From Yuukianura sp. NJ FZ-2021 (taxonomy: Eukaryota): a stretch of DNA of 64,000 nucleotides. Below are positions 24,427 to 36,300 of this stretch, piece after piece; positions within the stretch are counted from its first letter, which is position 1, and every line of letters starts with the position of its first letter. The stretch lies in contig CM102286.1 of the NCBI GenBank assembly GCA_046563655.1, forward strand, positions 8,680,001 through 8,744,000, read 5' to 3'. Under the pieces are notes generated by a model that had not been told where the DNA came from, did not search any database, and saw only the letters and a list, made by a program, of their open reading frames with translations. The position numbers were made by a program, and so were the translations under genes.

Positions 24427-24969
24427 TTTATTTCGATAGCAGTTCAAATCTACGGCGTAAGTTGGGCTTCGTAATTTTTTCTTACTTAAATTTTGTGCTT
24501 AAAATGCATGTCAGTTAAGATGAATAAAAAGGCAGTTAATTAACATTCTTAATTGCGACTCTCTACAAAGAATTCTGACGGTGGCAACATCTCCTTTCAT
24601 GTCACTTGTACCTTGTTATGAATAGCAGTGGACCTGATACAGCTTTTGTGTAACGGTTTATCGCAGCCTAAGATTTCGTTCAAAAAAATATTTCTCCACA
24701 TGTATGAAACGGCATATCATCAAAGTTCTCCACACGACATTTGGCAGCAGCAAGGAATATGTAATATTTTACTTGCTAACAACACTCTCTAGTTTCCACT
24801 TTATTTCGATAGCAGTTCAAATCTACGGCGTAAGTTGGGCTTCGTAATTTTTTCTTACTTAAATTTTGTGCTTAAAATGCATGTCAGTTAAGATGAATAA
24901 AAAGGCAGTTAATTAACATTCTTAATTGCGACTCTCTACAAAGAATTCTGACGGTGGCAACATCTCCTT

Positions 24970-27900
24970 TCATGTCACTTGTACCTTGTTATGAATAGCA
25001 GTGGACCTGATACAGCTTTTGTGTAACGGTTTATCGCAGCCTAAGATTTCGTTCAAAAAAGGTTCTGTTTTGTCGCTGAGGGTTCTCAGCATAGTTTTTG
25101 AGTCCTTATAATCCTTGCTGATGCTCCATCTCTTTTCGTGACGCATCTTAGCCCATCTGCTAATGGCAGTATGAACTGTGCGCATCGAAATCGGTAGAGC
25201 GGGTGCAGGACCATAGAACGGTATATTTGTCGCCTCTTTTGCTAGCACGTCAACAGTCTCATTCCCTTCATACCCGCTATGAGCTGGTATCCAGTGAACT
25301 GTAACTTGTCTAGTGTTAGCTAGGTTGTTCAAAGCGTCAAAACACTCTCTGAGCATGCCAGTTTGAATCCACGGGCTTCTCAGGCTGTCTAGTACGCTCA
25401 ATGAGTCGACGTAGATATTCGCGGGAAGCACATTCCTTTCGAGAATCAGTTTCTCCGCAGCACTTAGCAAAGCAAAGACTTCCGCCTGGTAAACAGTCGG
25501 ATGTTCTCCCAATGCTAGCCTATACTTCCTTGCAGGTCGGTTGGGGGCTACGATGTAGAACGCTGCTCCCGACCTGCCATCGATGCGTGAACCGTCGGTA
25601 AAACAGTGCAGGGCTTCTTTTGGCAGACCTTGCTTGGAGTTTTCTGCCCATTGTTCCCTTGAGCATACTTTTATTTCAAAGAATCTCTCGGTGGGCAGAA
25701 CGTTATGAGTCTCGCAGGGGAATCCCATTTCTGGTATTTCCCCTGCGTTTGATTCACAAATTTGAGCGTGGGTTCGCGTTTTCAGCGTGTTAACCCTTGC
25801 TGGTATCCAGTCCCCTGACAGTTTCAGTCGATACATTGTTCGGACTGCTACTGACTGGAGCTCTATATCCATTGGTCTCAAGTTCAAAAGAGCCTCCATT
25901 GCGGCCGTTGGTGTTGATCTCATCACGCCAAACGTTGCCAGCAGAGCCGCTCTTTGTACTCGGACTAATGGTTTTATAGTATTTGGTTTACATGCAGCCT
26001 CAGTCCAGACCACCGCCCCGTAGGTTAAGGTTGGCCTCACTACAGCTTTGTAAATCCAATTTGTGTACTTTGGAGAGAGTCCTTGCGTTTTTCCAATAGC
26101 GCGTTTGCACTGGGCTAGCGCAATGGAAGCTGCTGTTGCTCTCCTTTGTACGTGAGTTGTCCATTGTAGCTTGTCATCTAGAGTAACCCCTAGGTAACGT
26201 ACCACTTTGGAGTATCTTATTTCTACCTCCCCAACTGTGAGAGGTATAAGTTTTGTGTTTCGTTTTCTGGTGAACAGAATGGCTTCCGCCTTATCCCCGC
26301 ATAGACCTAAATCTATGTCTGGGCGGCAGCACCACTCTAGCACCTTGTTTAATGCCTGTTGCGTAATGCTGACAATAGTGGAATAATCAATCCCCACTTG
26401 GAGGAGACCCAAATCATCAGCAAAAGCCTGGCTTAGTAGTTGTGGAAATTGCTGGTTTAGTGATACGAGCAACTCACTTACCAGCAGAATCCATAGGAGA
26501 GGAGAGAGTACTCCGCCTTGTGGGCAGCCCCTCTCTACGATGCTTTCTGCGGATTCGTCCTGGAGTTCACTGACGACTGTGCGGGTCATCAGCATGTGCT
26601 GGACAACCCGGATGCAGCCGTCGTCCAGGCGCTCCCTCCGCATTGCAGCAATCATAGAACGAAAAGTCGCATGGCTAAAAGCTCCTTCAATGTCAAGGAG
26701 CACTGCCAGCGCGTACTGTTGATTGCGTAATGCTTGCTCTGCAAGACTGACAAATCTGTGCAGCGCAAGCTCAGTCGACGCTCCTCTGAGATACGCACAT
26801 TGCTTAGCAGCTTTAAGTCTTTCCACAATTGTAGGAGACCTGAGGTACCAGTCAATGAGTCGCTCGAGGACTTTTAAAAGAAATGAAGTTAGTGATATCG
26901 GCCTCCAAGAGTTAGCCTTACCATAACTGCTTTTGCCTGGCTTGGGAATGAAAACAGCCTTGGTTCTCCTCCAACTGAGCGGAATATAACCAAAGCGTAA
27001 ACACGCCCGCATGATTTTCCCAAGTATAGGGGTTAGCGTCTTCCGTCCTTCAATTAGCATTCCCGGAAAGATGTTATCCGGGCCTGCAGCCTTGTATGGA
27101 TTGAAAGTCTTTAACACCCTGTCTACTGTGGCGTCATTTGCCACTTCCTTTACGACGGGGCCGTCGTTTGGAGTGTGATCGTGTGGAAACTCCACCTTGG
27201 TAGGGTCTGGAGGGTAATGTTTATGAAGGAGATATTTTATCGTATCCGCGGCCCCCTCCGTGTAAGATCCGTCGGGGAGTTCAATCGGACCAAGTTTGAT
27301 CGTCTTTCCTCCCGCTAGGACTCTGTACAGCCTGGCGGCGTTGGGTAACGTCTTTATCCCTTCACAATACAAGTGAAAAGCAAACTGCTTTGCGTCGCGC
27401 AGTTTGTACAGAAAAGCACGACGAGCTACTCTGTGTTCTTCTGCGCTAGCAGTAGTGAACCCACTTCCAACCATCCGCCTTTGCTTTTTCCGAGCCTCCT
27501 TGCGAAGCTCCGTAAGCTCTGGCGTCCAATAGTTGTGTGTGGGTCCTTTGTTCCTAACCTTCTTCTCAGGACAGGCTTCATGAAATGCTTCCACAAGAAC
27601 TCTTGTGACACGTTCGACCCGTGTCTCAAGTTCGTCAAGTGTTTGTATTTCAGTGCCCGGAAGTTCCCTGAGGTTGTTCTCTATAGTCGCCGAGAAAAGA
27701 TCCCACTGGGTTTTCCTCTTATTCCTATAGAAGATGGGCTTGGGTTTTCCAAGTTGTATGGTGAACCGTATGGTTCTGTGATCCGAGAACGAATCAGCTG
27801 TATCCACTCGCCACCCATTTATCCTGTCTAGGAGACTTGTAGAGGCTAGGGATATATCCAAAACCTCTTGTCTGCTCCTAGTTACAAATGTTGGCTTGTG

Positions 27901-28476
27901 ACCATGGTTTAGTAAGGCCATGTGCGTCCCAACTAGCCAGTCGAGGAGGGAGTTCCCGCGCTCATTCGCGTCTGAACTACCCCAGAATGGGTGATGGGCG
28001 TTGCAGTCCGTCCCTACTATTAAAGGAATGGCATGAGAATGACAAAACTCCACCAGTTCGCTTAGAGCGGTAGGTGGAGCCGCTTCAGTCTCATGCATAT
28101 ACACTGAGGCAAATACCACAATGGTATCATGCCATGTAGTTTTTATGGCCACACAGTCACCATTCGAGAATTGTGACAGTAGCCATGATTTAACATTTGA
28201 CGACGTAAGAACACATGCTCGCGGCCTGCAGTCCTTATCATTTGCTGTATATACTTCATATGATCCAAAACCTAGTACTTGGTCTATCCTTGTCCATGGT
28301 TCTTGAATTAATGAAATAAATGTTTGCACATGTGCCAAGCTCCGCCCCAGCGATGCTGTTGCAGCTTGGGACCTGTGCAAATTTATTTGTGTGATAGGTA
28401 TAGATATAATCCTTACATTACTATTAGGTCTCCCTAGAAGATGAAATGAATGATTAGAACTTGCCATATTACACAT
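24970..28476 (-). CDS. LINE ORF2: AP endonuclease, reverse transcriptase, RNase H; last ~30 codons read from satellite
   Basis: QINLHRS, LIQEPW, GTDCNAHH and SFSDH (APE); WRPISLTS, LDIEGAF, PQGGVLSP, FADD and YLGV (RT); FTDGS, YQAE, YVDS and WIPAHSG.EGNE (RNase H). Confidence 0.95.
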   Translation of the reverse strand: MCNMASSNHSFHLLGRPNSNVRIISIPITQINLHRSQAATASLGRSLAHVQTFISLIQEPWTRIDQVLGFGSYEVYTANDKDCRPRACVLTSSNVKSWLLSQFSNGDCVAIKTTWHDTIVVFASVYMHETEAAPPTALSELVEFCHSHAIPLIVGTDCNAHHPFWGSSDANERGNSLLDWLVGTHMALLNHGHKPTFVTRSRQEVLDISLASTSLLDRINGWRVDTADSFSDHRTIRFTIQLGKPKPIFYRNKRKTQWDLFSATIENNLRELPGTEIQTLDELETRVERVTRVLVEAFHEACPEKKVRNKGPTHNYWTPELTELRKEARKKQRRMVGSGFTTASAEEHRVARRAFLYKLRDAKQFAFHLYCEGIKTLPNAARLYRVLAGGKTIKLGPIELPDGSYTEGAADTIKYLLHKHYPPDPTKVEFPHDHTPNDGPVVKEVANDATVDRVLKTFNPYKAAGPDNIFPGMLIEGRKTLTPILGKIMRACLRFGYIPLSWRRTKAVFIPKPGKSSYGKANSWRPISLTSFLLKVLERLIDWYLRSPTIVERLKAAKQCAYLRGASTELALHRFVSLAEQALRNQQYALAVLLDIEGAFSHATFRSMIAAMRRERLDDGCIRVVQHMLMTRTVVSELQDESAESIVERGCPQGGVLSPLLWILLVSELLVSLNQQFPQLLSQAFADDLGLLQVGIDYSTIVSITQQALNKVLEWCCRPDIDLGLCGDKAEAILFTRKRNTKLIPLTVGEVEIRYSKVVRYLGVTLDDKLQWTTHVQRRATAASIALAQCKRAIGKTQGLSPKYTNWIYKAVVRPTLTYGAVVWTEAACKPNTIKPLVRVQRAALLATFGVMRSTPTAAMEALLNLRPMDIELQSVAVRTMYRLKLSGDWIPARVNTLKTRTHAQICESNAGEIPEMGFPCETHNVLPTERFFEIKVCSREQWAENSKQGLPKEALHCFTDGSRIDGRSGAAFYIVAPNRPARKYRLALGEHPTVYQAEVFALLSAAEKLILERNVLPANIYVDSLSVLDSLRSPWIQTGMLRECFDALNNLANTRQVTVHWIPAHSGYEGNETVDVLAKEATNIPFYGPAPALPISMRTVHTAISRWAKMRHEKRWSISKDYKDSKTMLRTLSDKTEPFLNEILGCDKPLHKSCIRSTAIHNKVQVT

Positions 28477-30333
28477 TATGGAATTTGTTTATTTGTAACA
28501 AATATCCCCCCATATAAAATGTTAACATTGTTGACATGTTTGTTGGGGGTGGTTACTGGGCCGTACCCTGTTTACCGTTACCAGTACCCTTAGGTGCTGG
28601 GCCCGGTTTTGTTTTATTCTGTGCGCTAGGCGAGCGCTTGCGCTTCCGTTCAGCACCAGAAACCCTGACGTGAAAGTTTAGGGTGCCCAGTGCGTAGTGG
28701 GTGCGCATGTGCATCGCCTTTAGCTGTTTATAGGACTCCTCGCCCGATCGTAGGCAAAGGGTGAACCCTTCGGTACCCGGGGCAAGAAAGTCCAACTTCC
28801 AGCTCGCAGTATCTAGTTTGTTTCTGCTCTGCAGTTTTACTGCAGAGCAAAATTTTTGAAAATCAAAGTCTTTGGAATCCTCATCTGATATCCAGCACCG
28901 GAGTTTTATTTCCGGATTTGGATTTTCAGACGAAGAGACCTTGACATGGAACTTTCCGTTGCTTATTGTTCGGAGGATTAGCCTAACCCTCGACACCGTC
29001 TCTTCGTCGGCACACCTTACCACAGCAAGGTCACCGACTTTAGAGACTCGGTCAATTTGTAGACCAACCTCCTCGTATTTCAGAACTTCCGACTGGAGTT
29101 CCTTCTTCATTGTAATGAAGTCGGCATCTGAAAGCTCTTGTTTCCCGTTGTCTACAGTGTAAACATGCAGGAACAGTGCTTTCTTTGCCGACTCCAAGTA
29201 AGGTACGGCCTTCACTCTTTTAGTTTCTGGACTTGGGTTCGACCCGGATGTAGAGCTGGGGGTAAGATCCTGTCTTTTAGTTTTCTCCCCTCGAGTTCGA
29301 TTAGAGCCGGAACTACTTGCAGTTGGTTGAGTAGTAGCAGTTTGCGGATTCCTGGTGGCAACATTTGTCAGTAAGGCAGTGACTGCCGCAGACGTAGTAG
29401 CTGGATTCATTGTGGCATCATTTGTCCCAGGGGCAGTGACTGCTGAGCTGCTCGTGTTTTGTTCGGTTTCCGAATTGTTAGCAGGAAGTGTCGAACCAGA
29501 ATTGTTAGATCCTGCTTCCAGCTTCCTTCGTTGTTTCCGCTCCTTAGCCTTTTGCTTCGCTCGCAGTTTTTTAGCCTTCACTCGTTCGGCTTTTTCTTCT
29601 TCAGTTTCCGTGCGTCTGCTTGTGGAAGTTAGCGCAGTTGATGTTGATGTAGTTGCTGTTGCTTCTTCCGGATTTAAGTTTTCAGATGTTGGTGTTGGTG
29701 GCAACGGTGGCAACGGTGACGTTAGAGTTGGCATAGGCGGTGGAGTTGGAATTGATAGATAAGTGGAGTGAGACGATGATGGGCTGGTTTTCAATTGACC
29801 TTGACCTTCTTCTTTTTCAGAGTCTGGATCAGTTAGTAGGTGTTTTTCTTCATCACTTGTGATTTCCATGATCTCACCGTCATCTTCATCCGCACTGTTT
29901 ATGTTTTTGTCAATTTCCATTACTGCAGGCGATGGACCTGTGTGTAAAGAATTGACAGTTAAGTACCCTCTCCTTCTAACCCCCGTTCCCCTTCTAGACA
30001 GGTACCCCCTTCCAGCGATTCCTCTCGGTGACCTTTGTTCGATTAGTAGGGGCCTTAACTGGTCCCCCTCTTGTCTACGCTGGAACACCCAGGAATCATC
30101 TGTTTGGTTTGCCTTGTCCGGCATGGAGAAACTGTGGTCGAAGTATCAGGGTACTTTGCTATGTAATTTATCGTTGTACTTACCACTATTATGTGTCGAA
30201 GTACTCCTGGTGAGGTCCTCTTCACGTAGTGGGTAGTATCGTGTTGATCGGTGAGCGATTAGTTGATTAATTAATCAATTAAGTCTTAAGCTTAATTTAG
30301 CACACCTTCTCTCTTCGAGTTCCCGCGCTCCCT
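25061..30333 (-). mobile_element. Non-LTR retrotransposon, LOA/Lian-like (APE-RT-RNase H), complete ORF1, 3'-truncated
   Basis: Two long ORFs on the minus strand; no 3' UTR, tail or TSD; satellite monomer positions ~61-194 are missing across the insertion. Confidence 0.92.
28553..30124 (-). CDS. LINE ORF1 (gag-like; C-terminal domain resembles DUF4780)
   Basis: 523 aa with a low-complexity S/T/P and basic N-terminal half and a globular C-terminus (W..L.L...EES...L....YALG..F). It lies directly upstream of ORF2. Confidence 0.85.
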   Translation of the reverse strand: MPDKANQTDDSWVFQRRQEGDQLRPLLIEQRSPRGIAGRGYLSRRGTGVRRRGYLTVNSLHTGPSPAVMEIDKNINSADEDDGEIMEITSDEEKHLLTDPDSEKEEGQGQLKTSPSSSHSTYLSIPTPPPMPTLTSPLPPLPPTPTSENLNPEEATATTSTSTALTSTSRRTETEEEKAERVKAKKLRAKQKAKERKQRRKLEAGSNNSGSTLPANNSETEQNTSSSAVTAPGTNDATMNPATTSAAVTALLTNVATRNPQTATTQPTASSSGSNRTRGEKTKRQDLTPSSTSGSNPSPETKRVKAVPYLESAKKALFLHVYTVDNGKQELSDADFITMKKELQSEVLKYEEVGLQIDRVSKVGDLAVVRCADEETVSRVRLILRTISNGKFHVKVSSSENPNPEIKLRCWISDEDSKDFDFQKFCSAVKLQSRNKLDTASWKLDFLAPGTEGFTLCLRSGEESYKQLKAMHMRTHYALGTLNFHVRVSGAERKRKRSPSAQNKTKPGPAPKGTGNGKQGTAQ

Positions 30334-33300
30334 TCTACGGCGTAAGTTGGGCTTCGTAATTTTTTCTTACTTAAATTTTGTGCTTAAAATGCATGTCAGT
30401 TAAGATGAATAAAAAGGCAGTTAATTAACATTCTTAATTGCGACTCTCTACAAAGAATTCTGACGGTGGCAACATCTCCTTTCATGTCACTTGTACCTTG
30501 TTATGAATAGCAGTGGACCTGATACAGCTTTTGTGTAACGGTTTATCGCAGCCTAAGATTTCGTTCAAAAAAATATTTCTCCACATGTATGAAACGGCAT
30601 ATCATCAAAGTTCTCCACACGACATTTGGCAGCAGCAAGGAATATGTAATATTTTACTTGCTAACAACACTCTCTAGTTTCCACTTTATTTCGATAGCAG
30701 TTCAAATCTACGGCGTAAGTTGGGCTTCGTAATTTTTTCTTACTTAAATTTTGTGCTTAAAATGCATGTCAGTTAAGATGAATAAAAAGGCAGTTAATTA
30801 ACATTCTTAATTGCGACGCTCTACAAAGAATTCTGACGGTGGCAACATCTCCTTTCATGTCACTTGTACCTTGTTATGAATAGCAGTGGACCTGATACAG
30901 CTTTTGTGTAACGGTTTATCGCAGCCTAAGATTTCGTTCAAAAAAATATTTCTCCACATGTATGAAACGGCATATCATCAAAGTTCTCCACACGACATTT
31001 GGCAGCAGCAAGGAATATGTAATATTTTACTTGCTAACAACACTCTCTTGTTTCCACTTTATTTCGATAGCAGTTCAAATCTACGGCGTAAGTTGGGCTT
31101 CGTAATTTTTTCTTACTTAAATTTTGTGCTTAAAATGCATGTCAGTTAAGATGAATAAAAAGGCAGTTAATTAACATTCTTAATTGCGACGCTCTACAAA
31201 GAATTCTGACGGTGGCAACATCTCCTTTCATGTCACTTGTACCTTGTTATGAATAGCAGTGGACCTGATACAGCTTTTGTGTAACGGTTTATCGCAGCCT
31301 AAGATTTCGTTCAAAAATATTTCTCCACATGTATGAAACGGCATATCATCAAAGTTCTCCACACGACATTTGGCAGCAGCAAGGAATATGTAATATTTTA
31401 CTTGCTAACAACACTCTCTTGTTTCCACTTTATTTCGATAGCAGTTCAAATCTACGGCGTAAGTTGGGCTTCGTAATTTTTTCTTACTTAAATTTTGTGC
31501 TTAAAATGCATGTCAGTTAAGATGAATAAAAAGGCAGTTAATTAACATTCTTAATTGCGACTCTCTACAAAGAATTCTGACGGTGGCAACATCTCCTTTC
31601 ATGTCACTTGTACCTTGTTATGAATAGCAGTGGACCTGATACAGCTTTTGTGTAACGGTTTATCGCAGCTTAAGATTTCGTTCAAAAAATATTTCTCCAC
31701 ATGTATGAAACGGCATATCATCAAAGTTCTCCACACGACATTTGGCAGCAGCAAGGAATATGTAATATTTTACTTGCTAACAACACTCTCTAGTTTCCAC
31801 TTTATTTCGATAGCAGTTCAAATCTACGGCGTAAGTTGGGCTTCGTAATTTTTTCTTACTTAAATTTTGTGCTTAAAATGCATGTCAGTTAAGATGAATA
31901 AAAAGGCAGTTAATTAACATTCTTAATTGCGACTCTCTACAAAGAATTCTGACGGTGGCAACATCTCCTTTCATGTCACTTGTACCTTGTTATGAATAGC
32001 AGTGGACCTGATACAGCTTTTGTGTAACGGTTTATCGCAGCTTAAGATTTCGTTCAAAAAAATATTTCTCCACATGTATGAAACGGCATATCATCAAAGT
32101 TCTCCACACGACATTTGGCAGCAGCAAGGAATATGTAATATTTTACTTGCTAACAACACTCTCTTGTTTCCACTTTATTTCGATAGCAGTTCAAATCTAC
32201 GGCGTAAGTTGGGCTTCGTAATTTTTTCTTACTTAAATTTTGTGCTTAAAATGCATGTCAGTTAAGATGAATAAAAAGGCAGTTAATTAACATTCTTAAT
32301 TGCGACTCTCTACAAAGAATTCTGACGGTGGCAACATCTCCTTTCATGTCACTTGTACCTTGTTATGAATAGCAGTGGACCTGATACAGCTTTTGTGTAA
32401 CGGTTTATCGCAGCCTAAGATTTCGTTCAAAAAAATATTTCTCCACATGTATGAAACGGCATATCATCAAAGTTCTCCACACGACATTTGGCAGCAGCAA
32501 GGAATATGTAATATTTTACTTGCTAACAACACTCTCTTGTTTCCACTTTATTTCGATAGCAGTTCAAATCTACGGCGTAAGTTGGGCTTCGTAATTTTTT
32601 CTTACTTAAATTTTGTGCTTAAAATGCATGTCAGTTAAGATGAATAAAAAGGCAGTTAATTAACATTCTTAATTGCGACTCTCTACAAAGAATTCTGACG
32701 GTGGCAACATCTCCTTTCATGTCACTTGTACCTTGTTATGAATAGCAGTGGACCTGATACAGCTTTTGTGTAACGGTTTATCGCAGCTTAAGATTTCGTT
32801 CAAAAATATTTCTCCACATGTATGAAACGGCATATCATCAAAGTTCTCCACACGACATTTGGCAGCAGCAAGGAATATGTAATATTTTACTTGCTAACAA
32901 CACTCTCTAGTTTCCACTTTATTTCGATAGCAGTTCAAATCTACGGCGTAAGTTGGGCTTCGTAATTTTTTCTTACTTAAATTTTGTGCTTAAAATGCAT
33001 GTCAGTTAAGATGAATAAAAAGGCAGTTAATTAACATTCTTAATTGCGACTCTCTACAAAGAATTCTGACGGTGGCAACATCTCCTTTCATGTCACTTGT
33101 ACCTTGTTATGAATAGCAGTGGACCTGATACAGCTTTTGTGTAACGGTTTATCGCAGCCTAAGATTTCGTTCAAAAAAATATTTCTCCACATGTATGAAA
33201 CGGCATATCATCAAAGTTCTCCACACGACATTTGGCAGCAGCAAGGAATATGTAATATTTTACTTGCTAACAACACTCTCTTGTTTCCACTTTATTTCGA

Positions 33301-36300
33301 TAGCAGTTCAAATCTACGGCGTAAGTTGGGCTTCGTAATTTTTTCTTACTTAAATTTTGTGCTTAAAATGCATGTCAGTTAAGATGAATAAAAAGGCAGT
33401 TAATTAACATTCTTAATTGCGACTCTCTACAAAGAATTCTGACGGTGGCAACATCTCCTTTCATGTCACTTGTACCTTGTTATGAATAGCAGTGGACCTG
33501 ATACAGCTTTTGTGTAACGGTTTATCGCAGCCTAAGATTTCGTTCAAAAAAATATTTCTCCACATGTATGAAACGGCATATCATCAAAGTTCTCCACACG
33601 ACATTTGGCAGCAGCAAGGAATATGTAATATTTTACTTGCTAACAACACTCTCTTGTTTCCACTTTATTTCGATAGCAGTTCAAATCTACGGCGTAAGTT
33701 GGGCTTCGTAATTTTTTCTTACTTAAATTTTGTGCTTAAAATGCATGTCAGTTAAGATGAATAAAAAGGCAGTTAATTAACATTCTTAATTGCGACTCTC
33801 TACAAAGAATTCTGACGGTGGCAACATCTCCTTTCATGTCACTTGTACCTTGTTATGAATAGCAGTGGACCTGATACAGCTTTTGTGTAACGGTTTATCG
33901 CAGCTTAAGATTTCGTTCAAAAAAATATTTCTCCACATGTATGAAACGGCATATCATCAAAGTTCTCCACACGACATTTGGCAGCAGCAAGGAATATGTA
34001 ATATTTTACTTGCTAACAACACTCTCTAGTTTCCACTTTATTTCGATAGCAGTTCAAATCTACGGCGTAAGTTGGGCTTCGTAATTTTTTCTTACTTAAA
34101 TTTTGTGCTTAAAATGCATGTCAGTTAAGATGAATAAAAAGGCAGTTAATTAACATTCTTAATTGCGACTCTCTACAAAGAATTCTGACGGTGGCAACAT
34201 CTCCTTTCATGTCACTTGTACCTTGTTATGAATAGCAGTGGACCTGATACAGCTTTTGTGTAACGGTTTATCGCAGCTTAAGATTTCGTTCAAAAAAATA
34301 TTTCTCCACATGTATGAAACGGCATATCATCAAAGTTCTCCACACGACATTTGGCAGCAGCAAGGAATATGTAATATTTTACTTGCTAACAACACTCTCT
34401 TGTTTCCACTTTATTTCGATAGCAGTTCAAATCTACGGCGTAAGTTGGGCTTCGTAATTTTTTCTTACTTAAATTTTGTGCTTAAAATGCATGTCAGTTA
34501 AGATGAATAAAAAGGCAGTTAATTAACATTCTTAATTGCGACTCTCTACAAAGAATTCTGACGGTGGCAACATCTCCTTTCATGTCACTTGTACCTTGTT
34601 ATGAATAGCAGTGGACCTGATACAGCTTTTGTGTAACGGTTTATCGCAGCCTAAGATTTCGTTCAAAAAAATATTTCTCCACATGTATGAAACGGCATAT
34701 CATCAAAGTTCTCCACACGACATTTGGCAGCAGCAAGGAATATGTAATATTTTACTTGCTAACAACACTCTCTTGTTTCCACTTTATTTCGATAGCAGTT
34801 CAAATCTACGGCGTAAGTTGGGCTTCGTAATTTTTTCTTACTTAAATTTTGTGCTTAAAATGCATGTCAGTTAAGATGAATAAAAAGGCAGTTAATTAAC
34901 ATTCTTAATTGCGACTCTCTACAAAGAATTCTGACGGTGGCAACATCTCCTTTCATGTCACTTGTACCTTGTTATGAATAGCAGTGGACCTGATACAGCT
35001 TTTGTGTAACGGTTTATCGCAGCTTAAGATTTCGTTCAAAAAAATATTTCTCCACATGTATGAAACGGCATATCATCAAAGTTCTCCACACGACATTTGG
35101 CAGCAGCAAGGAATATGTAATATTTTACTTGCTAACAACACTCTCTAGTTTCCACTTTATTTCGATAGCAGTTCAAATCTACGGCGTAAGTTGGGCTTCG
35201 TAATTTTTTCTTACTTAAATTTTGTGCTTAAAATGCATGTCAGTTAAGATGAATAAAAAGGCAGTTAATTAACATTCTTAATTGCGACTCTCTACAAAGA
35301 ATTCTGACGGTGGCAACATCTCCTTTCATGTCACTTGTACCTTGTTATGAATAGCAGTGGACCTGATACAGCTTTTGTGTAACGGTTTATCGCAGCTTAA
35401 GATTTCGTTCAAAAAATATTTCTCCACATGTATGAAACGGCATATCATCAAAGTTCTCCACACGACATTTGGCAGCAGCAAGGAATATGTAATATTTTAC
35501 TTGCTAACAACACTCTCTAGTTTCCACTTTATTTCGATAGCAGTTCAAATCTACGGCGTAAGTTGGGCTTCGTAATTTTTTCTTACTTAAATTTTGTGCT
35601 TAAAATGCATGTCAGTTAAGATGAATAAAAAGGCAGTTAATTAACATTCTTAATTGCGACTCTCTACAAAGAATTCTGACGGTGGCAACATCTCCTTTCA
35701 TGTCACTTGTACCTTGTTATGAATAGCAGTGGACCTGATACAGCTTTTGTGTAACGGTTTATCGCAGCCTAAGATTTCGTTCAAAAAAATATTTCTCCAC
35801 ATGTATGAAACGGCATATCATCAAAGTTCTCCACACGACATTTGGCAGCAGCAAGGAATATGTAATATTTTACTTGCTAACAACACTCTCTTGTTTCCAC
35901 TTTATTTCGATAGCAGTTCAAATCTACGGCGTAAGTTGGGCTTCGTAATTTTTTCTTACTTAAATTTTGTGCTTAAAATGCATGTCAGTTAAGATGAATA
36001 AAAAGGCAGTTAATTAACATTCTTAATTGCGACTCTCTACAAAGAATTCTGACGGTGGCAACATCTCCTTTCATGTCACTTGTACCTTGTTATGAATAGC
36101 AGTGGACCTGATACAGCTTTTGTGTAACGGTTTATCGCAGCCTAAGATTTCGTTCAAAAAAATATTTCTCCACATGTATGAAACGGCATATCATCAAAGT
36201 TCTCCACACGACATTTGGCAGCAGCCAGGAATATGTAATATTTTACTTGCTAACAACACTCTCTTGTTTCCACTTTATTTCGATAGCAGTTCAAATCTAC

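Larger units (their letters stand above)
13083..25060. repeat. 373-bp satellite array, block 2 (interrupted by four solo-LTR-like copies and a Helentron-like element)
   Basis: The monomer resumes in register after the ATGCA TSD, with 372-373 bp periodicity. Confidence 0.99.

Noticed and set aside
23365..24518. Cys/His-rich ORFs (VTCHL repeats)
   Set aside because: They are translations of micro- and minisatellites.
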